A stretch of 64,000 bases of DNA from Patescibacteria group bacterium. GTDB lineage: Bacteria > Patescibacteriota > Minisyncoccia > Minisyncoccales > UBA10102. The notes below the pieces were generated by a model that ran no database searches, had not been told where the DNA came from, and saw nothing but the letters and a program-made list of their open reading frames with translations. The stretch spans positions 270,342 through 334,341 of the forward strand of contig JADFNM010000001.1 of the NCBI GenBank assembly GCA_022563395.1, read 5' to 3'. The translations under genes were made by a program, and so were the position numbers. Positions 1-8,429 of the stretch are shown one piece after another (positions within the stretch are counted from its first letter, which is position 1; each line of letters begins with the position of its first letter).

Positions 1-91
1 CTTTTATGTCTGGAATATCAAACAAACGTAGTATTGCCTCAGTGTGAGTACGAGAAGTAAATCCCTGTAATATAAAATCTTTTTTGGGCAT
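1..91 (-). CDS. N-terminal fragment of a gene running off the window (MPKKDFILQGFTSRTHTEAILRLFDIPDIK...), function unassigned
   Basis: Hand-translated open frame from ATG at 91 to the window edge; not in ORF track. Confidence 0.5.
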   Translation of the reverse strand, partial: MPKKDFILQGFTSRTHTEAILRLFDIPDIK

Positions 92-119
92 AGTATATAA
101 ATCCTGATTCACATACAAT

Positions 120-290
120 TTACTTTTCCTCTAACTCTCTCAAAGATCCTTGGATTACTTTAACTTTATGACGAGGACAATTTAATCTAGGACACCAAAT
201 TCTCATATTAACTCTATCCTCAGATTTACCAGTAATCTCAACTTCCATCTTAGTGCTACATATTGGGCAAAATTGATCTTTAATTTTCAT
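120..290 (-). CDS. 56-aa zinc-ribbon-like small protein
   Basis: Hand translation MKIKDQFCPICSTKM...WCPRLNCPRHK...; CxxC plus CxxxxC; ATG 6 nt after the repeat-borne -10 (TGaTAAGAT). Confidence 0.65.
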   Translation of the reverse strand: MKIKDQFCPICSTKMEVEITGKSEDRVNMRIWCPRLNCPRHKVKVIQGSLRELEEK

Positions 291-298
291 ATTTCTAT

Positions 299-414
299 CT
301 TATCAAAAAATCACCATTCTGGCGATCTTTAGCACAAACGTCGTACAACATATAATGGACGTCATTTAGTCTCCCTCTGTACTCTCAAGTCCGGCCTCAT
401 ATAATATACGTCTT
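299..414. repeat. Cassette-boundary composite repeat 1 (block A 299-330, variant core 338-365, linker C, core B 387-414)
   Basis: TATCAAAAAATCACCATTCTGGCGA; ACGTCGTACAA-CATATA-ATGGACGTCAT; AAGTCCGGCCT-CATATA-ATATACGTCTT. Confidence 0.85.
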
Positions 415-443
415 TAATTTAATGTGTCTTAATCACGACCTTA

Positions 444-551
444 CTATCTTAAGAATAAGGTTACTAATACTCCTATTGCTATTCCTTTAATGAATGCAAT
501 CCAGACTACCCAATTACTCACTTTACTTAGCCACCATTTAAATATCTTCAT
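444..551 (-). CDS. 35-aa hydrophobic peptide
   Basis: Hand translation MKIFKWWLSKVSNWVVWIAFIKGIAIGVLVTLFLR; fills the space between two repeats. Confidence 0.45.
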   Translation of the reverse strand: MKIFKWWLSKVSNWVVWIAFIKGIAIGVLVTLFLR

Positions 552-595
552 AGTTATAAATCAAACTTATTATCATTTTATCTGACAATTCTATT

Positions 596-653
596 CTATC
601 AAAAAACCGCCTTTCTAGCGACTTTGAGTCCAGCCTTATATATTGAACGTCTT
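596..653. repeat. Composite repeat 2 (A plus core B 626-653)
   Basis: CTATCAAAAAACCGCCTTTCTAGCGACTTT then GAGTCCAGCCT-TATATA-TTGAACGTCTT. Confidence 0.9.
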
Positions 654-681
654 TAAATCCACTATCATAATTGCAAGGTCT

Positions 682-969
682 CTATTCTTCAAAAACCCAG
701 TCTTTGAGCTCTTCGTATGATACGGGATCACATATCAATCTTTTTCTTTCTGCGTCATAAAAACTAGGCACAACGAGATTCCCTCTGCAATGCTCTTTAT
801 AGAGATCTCTCATATCTTCCATTCTCTGATGATTTTCTGCGTCATGCCACGCTTCGCGCTTTACAATCTCTACCCCCTCTTCCGCTATCAACCGTTTCAC
901 TATGGGTATAACAGCTAAGCAATCTGGACACTCTCGCCCATAAAAAAATTCGATACGTTTTTTAATCAT
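682..969 (-). CDS. Glutaredoxin/thioredoxin-fold protein
   Basis: CPDC motif and VP cis-Pro-like motif; start moved to ATG 969, 5 nt after TGaTAGAAT. Confidence 0.8.
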   Translation of the reverse strand: MIKKRIEFFYGRECPDCLAVIPIVKRLIAEEGVEIVKREAWHDAENHQRMEDMRDLYKEHCRGNLVVPSFYDAERKRLICDPVSYEELKDWVFEE

Positions 970-977
970 ATTCAATT

Positions 978-1055
978 CTATCAAAAAATCGCCCTTTTAG
1001 CGATGCTGAGTCCCCCTTTATGCGCCTGAGTCCGGCTTCATATATTGTGGGACTA
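978..1055. repeat. Composite repeat 3 (A, C, core B 1028-1055)
   Basis: GAGTCCGGCTT-CATATA-TTGTGGGACTA, 2 nt from the NUDIX stop codon. Confidence 0.9.
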
Positions 1056-1057
1056 AC

Positions 1058-1525
1058 TCATCCCTGAGCTCGTTGTATGGCTTCTCGAGCATAGAACTTA
1101 ATACTAGATTCCAGGCGAAACCGTGAATCATCAAGTTCATCTTCTGTGAGCCATCGAATCTCGGTGTGTTCCTCTTCTGCAAGTTGAACCACATCAGTCT
1201 CAGTCCGCAAAAAATACACAAGACCAATGTGCTTGTGCGTTTTACTGATAGGATGAATATCTACATATGCTGGCGTATATAAAAACTTTCGACTAGGGTC
1301 CTCAAGACTTAGGTTCGGTTTTGACGCCAGCACTTCAACATTTTCAATACCGCTTTCTTCTTTAACTTCACGCAACAAAGCCTCATCAGGATCTTCATCA
1401 AGCTCTATGTGACCACCAAGGGGAAGCCACTTTTGGAGTTCCTTATGAAAAATAAAGAGCACCTTACGCTTATACACAACATAGGCTACGATTGTCCAAT
1501 CAATTTGCTCGTGAATATGAGACAT
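1058..1525 (-). CDS. NUDIX hydrolase
   Basis: Nudix box GGHIELDEDPDEALLREVKEESG. Confidence 0.92.
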   Translation of the reverse strand: MSHIHEQIDWTIVAYVVYKRKVLFIFHKELQKWLPLGGHIELDEDPDEALLREVKEESGIENVEVLASKPNLSLEDPSRKFLYTPAYVDIHPISKTHKHIGLVYFLRTETDVVQLAEEEHTEIRWLTEDELDDSRFRLESSIKFYAREAIQRAQG

Positions 1526-1535
1526 ATTATATTCT

Positions 1536-1597
1536 TATCGTAACAAAAAACCGCCTTTTTGGCGACTTTAAGCATAGCTTATTATCTTGTATTACTT
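1536..1597. repeat. Composite repeat 4 (A plus degenerate core 1570-1597)
   Basis: TATCGTAACAAAAAACCGCCTTTTTGGCGA (identical to copy at 10220); AAGCATAGCTT-ATTATC-TTGTATTACTT overlapping the ABC-F stop. Confidence 0.75.
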
Positions 1598-3043
1598 CCC
1601 AAGCTTAAGAGTTTCATCAATCCTAACTTGATCAACGAATTCCTTTACGTGACTCACAAGAATCATAGCACCCTCATACCGACTCAGTGCCTTTGCAATA
1701 ATAGGCAAATGCCTAAAGTTCATATGGTTTGTTGGTTCGTCTAAAATAAGCAAACCGGGCTTTTGCAATACTAACTGTGCTAAAGAAACCAGGCCTTTTT
1801 GCCCTTCAGACAAGCTCCCAATCTTTGAATAAATAATATCTTGATCTATGAGAAATCCGGCAGCTAATGCTCGTAATTTTTCATTGGTGACACCAGTAAA
1901 TACATTAACTAAAGAGTCATACACTATATCCTCAAAATTCAGTGTAGAAAAATCTTGACGATAATAACCAATCTTTACATCAGGATTTACCGTTATGCCT
2001 TTTGTATTGCGAAAAGCAATAGATTCCAATAATGTACTCTTCCCAATACCATTTGGGCCCGCTAAAAGAAGGTGATCGCCCTTGCGCAAAGATATGTTTA
2101 CAGAATGATGCGATTCTTTTCCATCAACCATACTCGTTACGATGAAAATATTAAGAATCTCTCCGGACAGCGATTCCTGCACGGGAATTATAAAGGAACG
2201 GATTGTCTTATCCTCTTTTCGCACCTCCACCTTATTCTCCTCTGACTCTTTAATCTCATCTCTCAGCTTTTTTGCAACAAGCCGCATCTTTCCACCTTTA
2301 TGAGAAAAAAAGTTAGCCTTATCTTTATTCTCTTGAATCACTTTTGCGAGTTGAGCATTCTTTCTCTTCTCTTGCTCAACTCTCGCTGTAATTTCTTTTA
2401 CTACATCAAAGTAGTTCCCCGTATATCTCTCTATTCTTTGTGTAAATATATCTAAATATAGTACGCCTTCGGTAAATGCATTCAAAAAGTCTGCATCGTG
2501 AGAAATGACTATAACGGTCTTATCATAGTTAATCAAGAATTGCTTTAAGTGTTCAATCCCCTCTGGATCCAAGTTATTGGTTGGCTCGTCCAACAACAGC
2601 AAATCTGGTTTTTGAATTAAGGCTGAAGCTAAAAGCAGTCGTGCTTGCTGTCCTCCAGAGAAAGATCGTATAATTCTGTCATGATCCGCCTTAAAGTTCA
2701 CTACTAAAAGAATCTCATCAATCTTTGGATCTATATCATATACCTTTTCTTTGAAACAAGCCTCAAAGAATTCACGCACTGTTATATCCAATTGTTCTTG
2801 CGGTATTACTTGCCGCGAGGTAGCGATAGTAAGTCCTCTTTCAACATGTATATTGCCGTCGGTAGATTCCAGCTTTCCATTCATTAACTGAAAGATTGTA
2901 CTCTTTCCAGCACCATTCTGCCCCATCAAAGTCATCTTTGATCCTCGCCTAACAGAAAAATCCACCTCAGAGAGGATGGATTGTTTGCTCGTATATTTAA
3001 ATGATACTTCACCAAATCTGACGATAACATTCCCATTGCTCAT
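1592..3043 (-). CDS. ABC-F family ATPase
   Basis: Two ABC domains (GQNGAGKS, FSGGQ, LLDEPTN; GPNGIGKS, LSEGQ, LDEPTN), helical linker, no TM segments. Confidence 0.92.
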   Translation of the reverse strand: MSNGNVIVRFGEVSFKYTSKQSILSEVDFSVRRGSKMTLMGQNGAGKSTIFQLMNGKLESTDGNIHVERGLTIATSRQVIPQEQLDITVREFFEACFKEKVYDIDPKIDEILLVVNFKADHDRIIRSFSGGQQARLLLASALIQKPDLLLLDEPTNNLDPEGIEHLKQFLINYDKTVIVISHDADFLNAFTEGVLYLDIFTQRIERYTGNYFDVVKEITARVEQEKRKNAQLAKVIQENKDKANFFSHKGGKMRLVAKKLRDEIKESEENKVEVRKEDKTIRSFIIPVQESLSGEILNIFIVTSMVDGKESHHSVNISLRKGDHLLLAGPNGIGKSTLLESIAFRNTKGITVNPDVKIGYYRQDFSTLNFEDIVYDSLVNVFTGVTNEKLRALAAGFLIDQDIIYSKIGSLSEGQKGLVSLAQLVLQKPGLLILDEPTNHMNFRHLPIIAKALSRYEGAMILVSHVKEFVDQVRIDETLKLGK

Positions 3044-3099
3044 CTAGACATAGTGCAACTTTTTGAGTCAGGAGTCAATAAGTCCTATGTATTCGTTAA

Positions 3100-3127
3100 T
3101 AAAAAACCGCCTGCTTGGCGATTCTTG
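3100..3127. repeat. Block A only (repeat 5)
   Basis: AAAAAACCGCCTGCTTGGCGATTCTT. Confidence 0.7.
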
Positions 3128-3147
3128 AAAAAGTATAAGTTGACCAC

Positions 3148-3176
3148 TTGCACAAGAAGCTCACACAGTTTAGAAT
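3148..3176 (+). promoter_or_regulatory. Sigma70-type promoter of the radical SAM gene
   Basis: TTGCAC-17 nt-TAGAAT, followed by SD GGAGG before ATG 3209. Confidence 0.6.
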
Positions 3177-3208
3177 GACTAAAACCTAGCAAGAGGGAGG
3201 TAAGTGAG

Positions 3209-4285
3209 ATGGTTCTTTCCAAAATAGAAGAAATAAAAATCCGACTTATGGTGGAAGGTATGGCGGTAGACCCAGGTGTGCGGAACCTAGCCCTTGGCCC
3301 CCTTACTTTAGCTGAGTACGCTTCGACGTCAGGAGTTATCCTGGTGCTTCCAGATGAGGTCTGGGTGAATGCCCCTATTGCGGAACATAACCCAAATTTT
3401 GTTGTCCGGCCTTCCATCATACTCTCTGCGCACGAGGATGAATTGGTACTTCAGGTGAATGGAGAAGAGATCCCAGTTCGATTTAGCCCTATGCCTCAGG
3501 ACCATGAAACAATGAGCCGATTGGGTGCGGTTATACATGCTGACCGTGTGCGCATTTCCCCCGTCGATGGGTGTGCTGTAACCTGCCTATTCTGTAATAT
3601 CCCATATGAGGACAGGTACCAAAGGAGAGAAGCTGCGGATTTGCTGCAAGGCATCACACTCGCGCTCCACGACGAAGTGGTACCGGCACAGCATATCCTT
3701 ATTTCGGGAGGAACCCCTCAACCCGGGGATTACGATTGGTTGAATGAGATGTATGAGCGGGTGGCGAATGCCTTCCGTGCTACCGTGGACATCATGATGG
3801 TACCAGAGGAAGGGTTACTCGACCCCGGGCATCTTAAAGAAATCGGCATTCACGGTCTATCTATCAATCTGGAGGTTTACAACCAAGAAGTCGCCCGGCG
3901 GATCATGGCAGGCAAATGGAAAGTGGGACTTGACCGCTACCTTAATTTCATTGGGAAAGCGGTGGAGATCTTTGGCGAAGGGAAGGTTCGGTCTCTCCTT
4001 CTTGTGGGCATTGAGTCGCTCGAAGATACCTTGCGGGGCGTGAGCGCATTGGCGGAGCGCGGATGCGACCCTGTCTTGAGCCCGTTCCGTCCCGACCCAG
4101 CAACACCCTTGCGGAACAATGTTCCTCCTTCTATAGAGCTCCTTAGGGAGGCATGGGAACGCAGCATAGAGATTGTAGGACGCTATTCAGGAGTCGTCCT
4201 CGGTCCGCGCTGCATCCCCTGCACCCACAACACTTTGACCTTCCCAGATGATAGCGGGAGGTACTACTACTCCCGCGTACACTAG
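3209..4285 (+). CDS. Radical SAM protein, substrate unknown
   Basis: CxxxCxxC (CAVTCLFC), ISGG motif, C-terminal CIPC; GC-richer than flanks. Confidence 0.88.
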   Translation: MVLSKIEEIKIRLMVEGMAVDPGVRNLALGPLTLAEYASTSGVILVLPDEVWVNAPIAEHNPNFVVRPSIILSAHEDELVLQVNGEEIPVRFSPMPQDHETMSRLGAVIHADRVRISPVDGCAVTCLFCNIPYEDRYQRREAADLLQGITLALHDEVVPAQHILISGGTPQPGDYDWLNEMYERVANAFRATVDIMMVPEEGLLDPGHLKEIGIHGLSINLEVYNQEVARRIMAGKWKVGLDRYLNFIGKAVEIFGEGKVRSLLLVGIESLEDTLRGVSALAERGCDPVLSPFRPDPATPLRNNVPPSIELLREAWERSIEIVGRYSGVVLGPRCIPCTHNTLTFPDDSGRYYYSRVH

Positions 4286-4307
4286 GTAATGAGAGAAGGG
4301 AGAGTAG

Positions 4308-4338
4308 AAGGCCCGTTCACCTGATGAGCGGGCCTTTT
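4308..4338. terminator. Intrinsic terminator between convergent genes
   Basis: AAGGCCCGTTCA-cctga-TGAGCGGGCCTT-TT. Confidence 0.7.
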
Positions 4339-4344
4339 CACTAT

Positions 4345-5466
4345 TCAATGAAGAGAACAAACTTTCTCACGAAAGCCAATCATATTGAATTGTGCTGCTT
4401 GCACAGCGCAATACGCACCTGCTTTGGGAATTGCCACGAGATCGCCTTCACGGAGTTTCGGCATTTTCTTGAAAGGCACAAGTATATCGCCAACTTGGCA
4501 AGAAGCGCCAAGAATTGCTCCGTAGACAAGAGGTGATTTGCGAAAACTATACGGCCTTCTTTCATTTAACAAGCCTCTGATATGATGAATTGTGCCGTCC
4601 GAGAAGAAATAATATCGTCCCCTCCTTTGTAATACGGAATGGATACGGACAATATAATATCCTGCGCCGCGCACGATGTAGTTTCCAGGTTCCACTTGTA
4701 TTTTTAGAATTCTTTTATGTTTCTTGCCGAACTTTTCTGCCTCTGCAATAATTCTTTTTGCATATGTTGTGATATCAAACTCGGACTCCTCGCTTCCAAT
4801 AGGGGCTGCAATACCCCCACCGATGTTAATTACCAGAACAGAAGGATGTTTTTCCGTGATTTTAAGTAACCGCTGAAACGCTTCAATAAATAGACCAATT
4901 CGATATGAGTCCGAGCTTGTATGCATATGTAGTCTTGTTATACGATTTCTTAGTTTCGCAGGAATGCTTCTGAACTCTTCTGGAGAAACACCAAAATGGC
5001 TCTCTTTACTTCCCGAGGCAATTCCTGCCCCGTAACTCCACCCGATACGGGGATTGATGCGCAGTCCCACGTCTTTCATGGAGGCAATCTTTTTAAGGTC
5101 GGGAATACTATTTGCATTTGCTTTTACACTATTCCTCTTTATATATTGCAGTATCTCTGAGGTAAGTACTGGACCAGTGAAAGAAATATCCTTAGAAACT
5201 TTCCTCGCCGCCTTTAGTTCTTCCAAAGAAGAGACATGAAACCCCAAACCCATCCTACTTAGCTGCTTGAGTATCTCTGGGTTATTGTTCGCCTTTACAG
5301 CATAGAGCAGTTTGAAGTTTGTGTACGAAGAGAAGGCATTCTTGATTCTTTCCACCTGGCCTTTTACATGGTTTACATCATACAGAAAAACGGGCGTTCT
5401 TTCGCTCAAGGCTTTAGCATTCTCCAGCGTTGCTTTAATGCACTCAAGATCATTCACCGAAATCAT
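4345..5466 (-). CDS. PLP-dependent Orn/DAP/Arg decarboxylase family (LysA-like)
   Basis: YAVKAN PLP lysine, HMH, IGGG, EPG, CQVGD, AGAY motifs. Confidence 0.85.
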   Translation of the reverse strand: MISVNDLECIKATLENAKALSERTPVFLYDVNHVKGQVERIKNAFSSYTNFKLLYAVKANNNPEILKQLSRMGLGFHVSSLEELKAARKVSKDISFTGPVLTSEILQYIKRNSVKANANSIPDLKKIASMKDVGLRINPRIGWSYGAGIASGSKESHFGVSPEEFRSIPAKLRNRITRLHMHTSSDSYRIGLFIEAFQRLLKITEKHPSVLVINIGGGIAAPIGSEESEFDITTYAKRIIAEAEKFGKKHKRILKIQVEPGNYIVRGAGYYIVRIHSVLQRRGRYYFFSDGTIHHIRGLLNERRPYSFRKSPLVYGAILGASCQVGDILVPFKKMPKLREGDLVAIPKAGAYCAVQAAQFNMIGFREKVCSLH

Positions 5467-5471
5467 AGTAC

Positions 5472-6875
5472 CTATTGCAGTAAATCATGGGTTTTGGGGC
5501 TGTCAAAATAAAATTCCCAGTCGGTTGAATCAAAACTTGTCTCAATAATCTTGCCCACAGCCCCCCGTATTTTTTGTAGCGTCTGATCATACGACGTTCC
5601 TGTAGTAATATAGTATCCCGCGTTTCCTCCTGCGAATACATAACCTTTAGGATAGAACATCGCTTTGTAGGCAGCCCCTTTTTTCATAAATGGCGTGGAA
5701 GGGTTTTTGGAAGCGAAAACTCTTGTAATCTTTTGTCCACTCTTGTATGGCTTTATCTTACTGTGCGCCCATACATAATCAACCTGAAAGTTTGGGTAGG
5801 AAATATCAGGAATATCGTTGTGCAAGAATATGCGGAGTTCAAGGTCTATAAGATCTATGCCCTTGCTGCGAGCGGAAAGGATGTGACAAAGGTAACCACC
5901 TTGTCTCCGAGGATTCAAATCTGTAGGAAAAACAGAACCATTTTTATCAATAATAAAGTCGAGCCCAAATATACCCCGGAAACCCTTACGGGAAAGATAG
6001 TTCCCCACCACTGCAGTCGTTTTTCTCATTATGCCCTTGTGCCGTTCTGTGGCCTTTGAAGGGTAGATATTACCAATATATTGATTGCTGCGGAGAATCT
6101 GGTCTGAGATACAGTTCACAACAGTATTGTTTCTGCCTACTACTATAGCATTAGTGTTGGGGGATAATACAACATCCTCGATAAAGCGTGCCACAAGGAA
6201 TTCATTGTTTCGGTTAATACCTCGTAATTCATGCGAGAACGAGTCAATCTGGGCAGGATTGCTTATAATCCTGCTTTCGTGTCCTCCAGAACTAAAAGAT
6301 GCGGAAAGAAAAATAGGATATTGCTTTACAGTTCGTTGAACAGCAGCAAGGTTCTTAAAGATTTTGACTTCGTTCTTTGACAGACCTAGTTTATCAAAAA
6401 GCAGTTTATGCTGAACTTTATTATCATATTTCGTTACAACTTTTGAATCAGGGCCAAGAACAATCACTTTTGAGGAATTGAACGAAAGGTTGGTAGTCGT
6501 GAATGGAAGAAGAAATACGCGCTTTTGCTTCAAGATGAGTTTTCTAATAAAGTCTTTCACATAGGAAGATCTGCTAAATTCCTGATTAAGATCCTCATTC
6601 TCTGAGAGAAAGATGAAATTCTTTTCCCCAGTGTCTCTTTGTACTTTTTGCGCTCTCTGATTCATTACGAGGAAGTTCGCTTTTTGGAAATACTGATTGC
6701 TTCTTGCTGACACTACGAAAATGGGCTCAAAAGGTCTCTGAAAGCGATCCTGGAGTGCTTCTTTCCATAGCAGAGTAGCGTATTCAAAGCGGTCTACCAA
6801 AAAAGAGAAGAAGTACTCTCTCCGATTTGTAAATATGTTTGGATCCAGTTTTGCGGTGGAAATATCAGAGGCCAT
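5472..6875 (-). CDS. ATP-grasp fold protein
   Basis: DNK, SSGG, GFRGIFGLDFI, DLNPR motifs. Confidence 0.75.
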   Translation of the reverse strand: MASDISTAKLDPNIFTNRREYFFSFLVDRFEYATLLWKEALQDRFQRPFEPIFVVSARSNQYFQKANFLVMNQRAQKVQRDTGEKNFIFLSENEDLNQEFSRSSYVKDFIRKLILKQKRVFLLPFTTTNLSFNSSKVIVLGPDSKVVTKYDNKVQHKLLFDKLGLSKNEVKIFKNLAAVQRTVKQYPIFLSASFSSGGHESRIISNPAQIDSFSHELRGINRNNEFLVARFIEDVVLSPNTNAIVVGRNNTVVNCISDQILRSNQYIGNIYPSKATERHKGIMRKTTAVVGNYLSRKGFRGIFGLDFIIDKNGSVFPTDLNPRRQGGYLCHILSARSKGIDLIDLELRIFLHNDIPDISYPNFQVDYVWAHSKIKPYKSGQKITRVFASKNPSTPFMKKGAAYKAMFYPKGYVFAGGNAGYYITTGTSYDQTLQKIRGAVGKIIETSFDSTDWEFYFDSPKTHDLLQ

Positions 6876-6883
6876 TCTTCAAT

Positions 6884-6961
6884 CTATCAAAAAATCGCCT
6901 GTTTGGCGACTTTGAGTCCCCCTTTATACATACAAGTCCGGCTTCATATATTGGACGTCTT
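6884..6961. repeat. Composite repeat 6 (A, C, core B 6934-6961)
   Basis: CTATCAAAAAATCGCCTGTTTGGCGACTTT GAGTCCCCCTTTATACATAC AAGTCCGGCTT-CATATA-TTGGACGTCTT. Confidence 0.92.
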
Positions 6962-7020
6962 ATGGTCCTACTGCACATATTCTCCAAGTCTCCTATCTCA
7001 GGTCAACAAAAGACAAAGAT

Positions 7021-7060
7021 AAAAAAAAGAGGAAGTAGTCAATTAAGTGACTACCCCCTC
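7021..7060 (-). terminator. Intrinsic terminator after dapA
   Basis: Minus strand GAGGGGGTAGTCA-cttaat-TGACTACTTCCTC then T8. Confidence 0.75.
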
Positions 7061-7089
7061 ATGAAAATCCCGAAGGATTCCCTTTAAAC

Positions 7090-7989
7090 CTAGCTGACAA
7101 CATCCAGAGGCAGATCTATCTCGTAGCCCTCCAGTAGTTCGTCTAGGAACGCTGCCGTCTGTGGATCAGCCTCTACCAAAGGCAGACGCAGCCCACCAAC
7201 CGGGAAACCCACCTCATTCAGGCAATACTTCACAGGTATGGGGCTGGTGACCACAAACAGGCCCTTGGCCAAGGGAAGCTGCCGCAGGTGCTCAGACGCA
7301 GCCTTCTGCAACCTGCCTTCCACGGTCAGATTGATGAGCCGCTTGATCTGCTGCCCAATGAGGTGCGAGGCAACGCTCACCACCCCGTAACCTCCAAGGC
7401 TGAGGACGCCGAATGTGTCTGAGTCATTCCCGCTCCACACTTTGAACCCGTCTGGCGCGTTCCGAATGATCTCTCCGATCTGGTGGAAGTCTCCGGAAGC
7501 CTCCTTGACGCCAACGATGTTAGACACTTCGGCCAGACGCAACGTGGTCTCAGCCGTCATGTTGACGATGGTGCGGCTGGGCACGTTGTACAGAATGCAG
7601 GGCAACTCCACACTCTCAGCTATCGTCCTGAAGTGCAGATACAGGCCCTCTTGCGTGGGCTTATTGTAGTAAGGCACCACGAGCAAGAGAGCATCGGCTC
7701 CCGCTTCCTTCGCTTCCCGCGAAAGGTGCACGGATTCATCAGTTCCGTTGGTACCGGAACCCGCAATGACCGCTGCTGTGTCCCCTACCGCATTCTTGAC
7801 TGCAGCCCACAGCTTGACGTTCTCTTCGTGAAAGAGCACTGGATTCTCGCCCGTGGTGCCGGTGACCACGAGGCCGTCGCTCCCAGAGGCCACAAGGGCC
7901 TTGGCCAAAAGCCTTGCTCTCTCAAGATCCACGCCACCATCTTCTCTAAACGGCGTCACCATTGCAGTAACGAGTCTTCCAATTTCCAT
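7090..7989 (-). CDS. dapA: 4-hydroxy-tetrahydrodipicolinate synthase
   Basis: GTTGE, VPYYNKP, LYNVPSRT, GVKEASG, SPIPVK motifs; SD GGAGG. Confidence 0.95.
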   Translation of the reverse strand: MEIGRLVTAMVTPFREDGGVDLERARLLAKALVASGSDGLVVTGTTGENPVLFHEENVKLWAAVKNAVGDTAAVIAGSGTNGTDESVHLSREAKEAGADALLLVVPYYNKPTQEGLYLHFRTIAESVELPCILYNVPSRTIVNMTAETTLRLAEVSNIVGVKEASGDFHQIGEIIRNAPDGFKVWSGNDSDTFGVLSLGGYGVVSVASHLIGQQIKRLINLTVEGRLQKAASEHLRQLPLAKGLFVVTSPIPVKYCLNEVGFPVGGLRLPLVEADPQTAAFLDELLEGYEIDLPLDVVS

Positions 7990-8185
7990 TTCACTACCTC
8001 CATATTATTGTGACTTCTCCGTCAGTCTCTCGTCGCCAACCCCTTCATGAGATATCGTGCCTTCCTTTCTCCCTTTCCATAGAATCAGGATTTTTCATTC
8101 TTACTACCGGCTCTCTCCAGTAAGAATATTGTTAATGTACTTTGTGAGCCGATGAAGAGAGGTATGATCTCCCTTCATCGACACA

Positions 8186-8224
8186 TAAAAACCCGCCTTT
8201 CTGGCTTATCCAAGAAGGCGGGTT
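8186..8224 (-). terminator. Attenuator terminator in the dapA leader
   Basis: AACCCGCCTTCTTGG-ataag-CCAGAAAGGCGGGTT-TTTAT. Confidence 0.8.
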
Positions 8225-8249
8225 CAAATGGCTTTATCTATCTAATGGA

Positions 8250-8333
8250 TTACAGCTTTTGCCAAGCGAAAATACGCGCCTTCTTGAAGGGCTTCTTCGC
8301 TTTTTTCTCGTCTATCATAAACAAATGCAACAT
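8250..8333 (-). CDS. Putative Lys-rich leader peptide (27 aa)
   Basis: MLHLFMIDEKKAKKPFKKARIFAWQKL; 7 Lys codons; lies between promoter and terminator upstream of dapA. Confidence 0.7.
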   Translation of the reverse strand: MLHLFMIDEKKAKKPFKKARIFAWQKL

Positions 8334-8340
8334 ATACTTT

Positions 8341-8369
8341 AATGTATAAGAAGAAGCTCAGGGTGTCAA
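8341..8369 (-). promoter_or_regulatory. Sigma70-type promoter of the dapA leader
   Basis: TTGACA-17 nt-TACATT, 7 nt before ATG 8333. Confidence 0.7.
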
Positions 8370-8370
8370 G

Positions 8371-8405
8371 CACACTTGAGTCCGGCTTCATATATTGTGG
8401 GACAC
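8371..8405. repeat. Repeat 7 (partial C plus core B 8378-8405, no block A)
   Basis: CACACTT GAGTCCGGCTT-CATATA-TTGTGGGACAC. Confidence 0.9.
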
Positions 8406-8429
8406 TACTCCCCCCCTACAAGATAACGT

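Noticed and set aside
1018..1227. ORFs ending or starting in repeats (...QYMKPDSGA; ...CLNEI at 10172, 44931, 46532)
   Set aside because: They translate repeat DNA or overlap real genes or tRNA; spurious.
4345..5466. Assigning the symbol lysA
   Set aside because: Family is clear, but substrate motifs diverge and the ATP-grasp partner suggests another role.
7990..8340. Lysine riboswitch or T-box upstream of dapA
   Set aside because: I could not find the L-box or T-box consensus by eye; the leader ORF plus alternative hairpins explains the region better. An Rfam scan is still needed.
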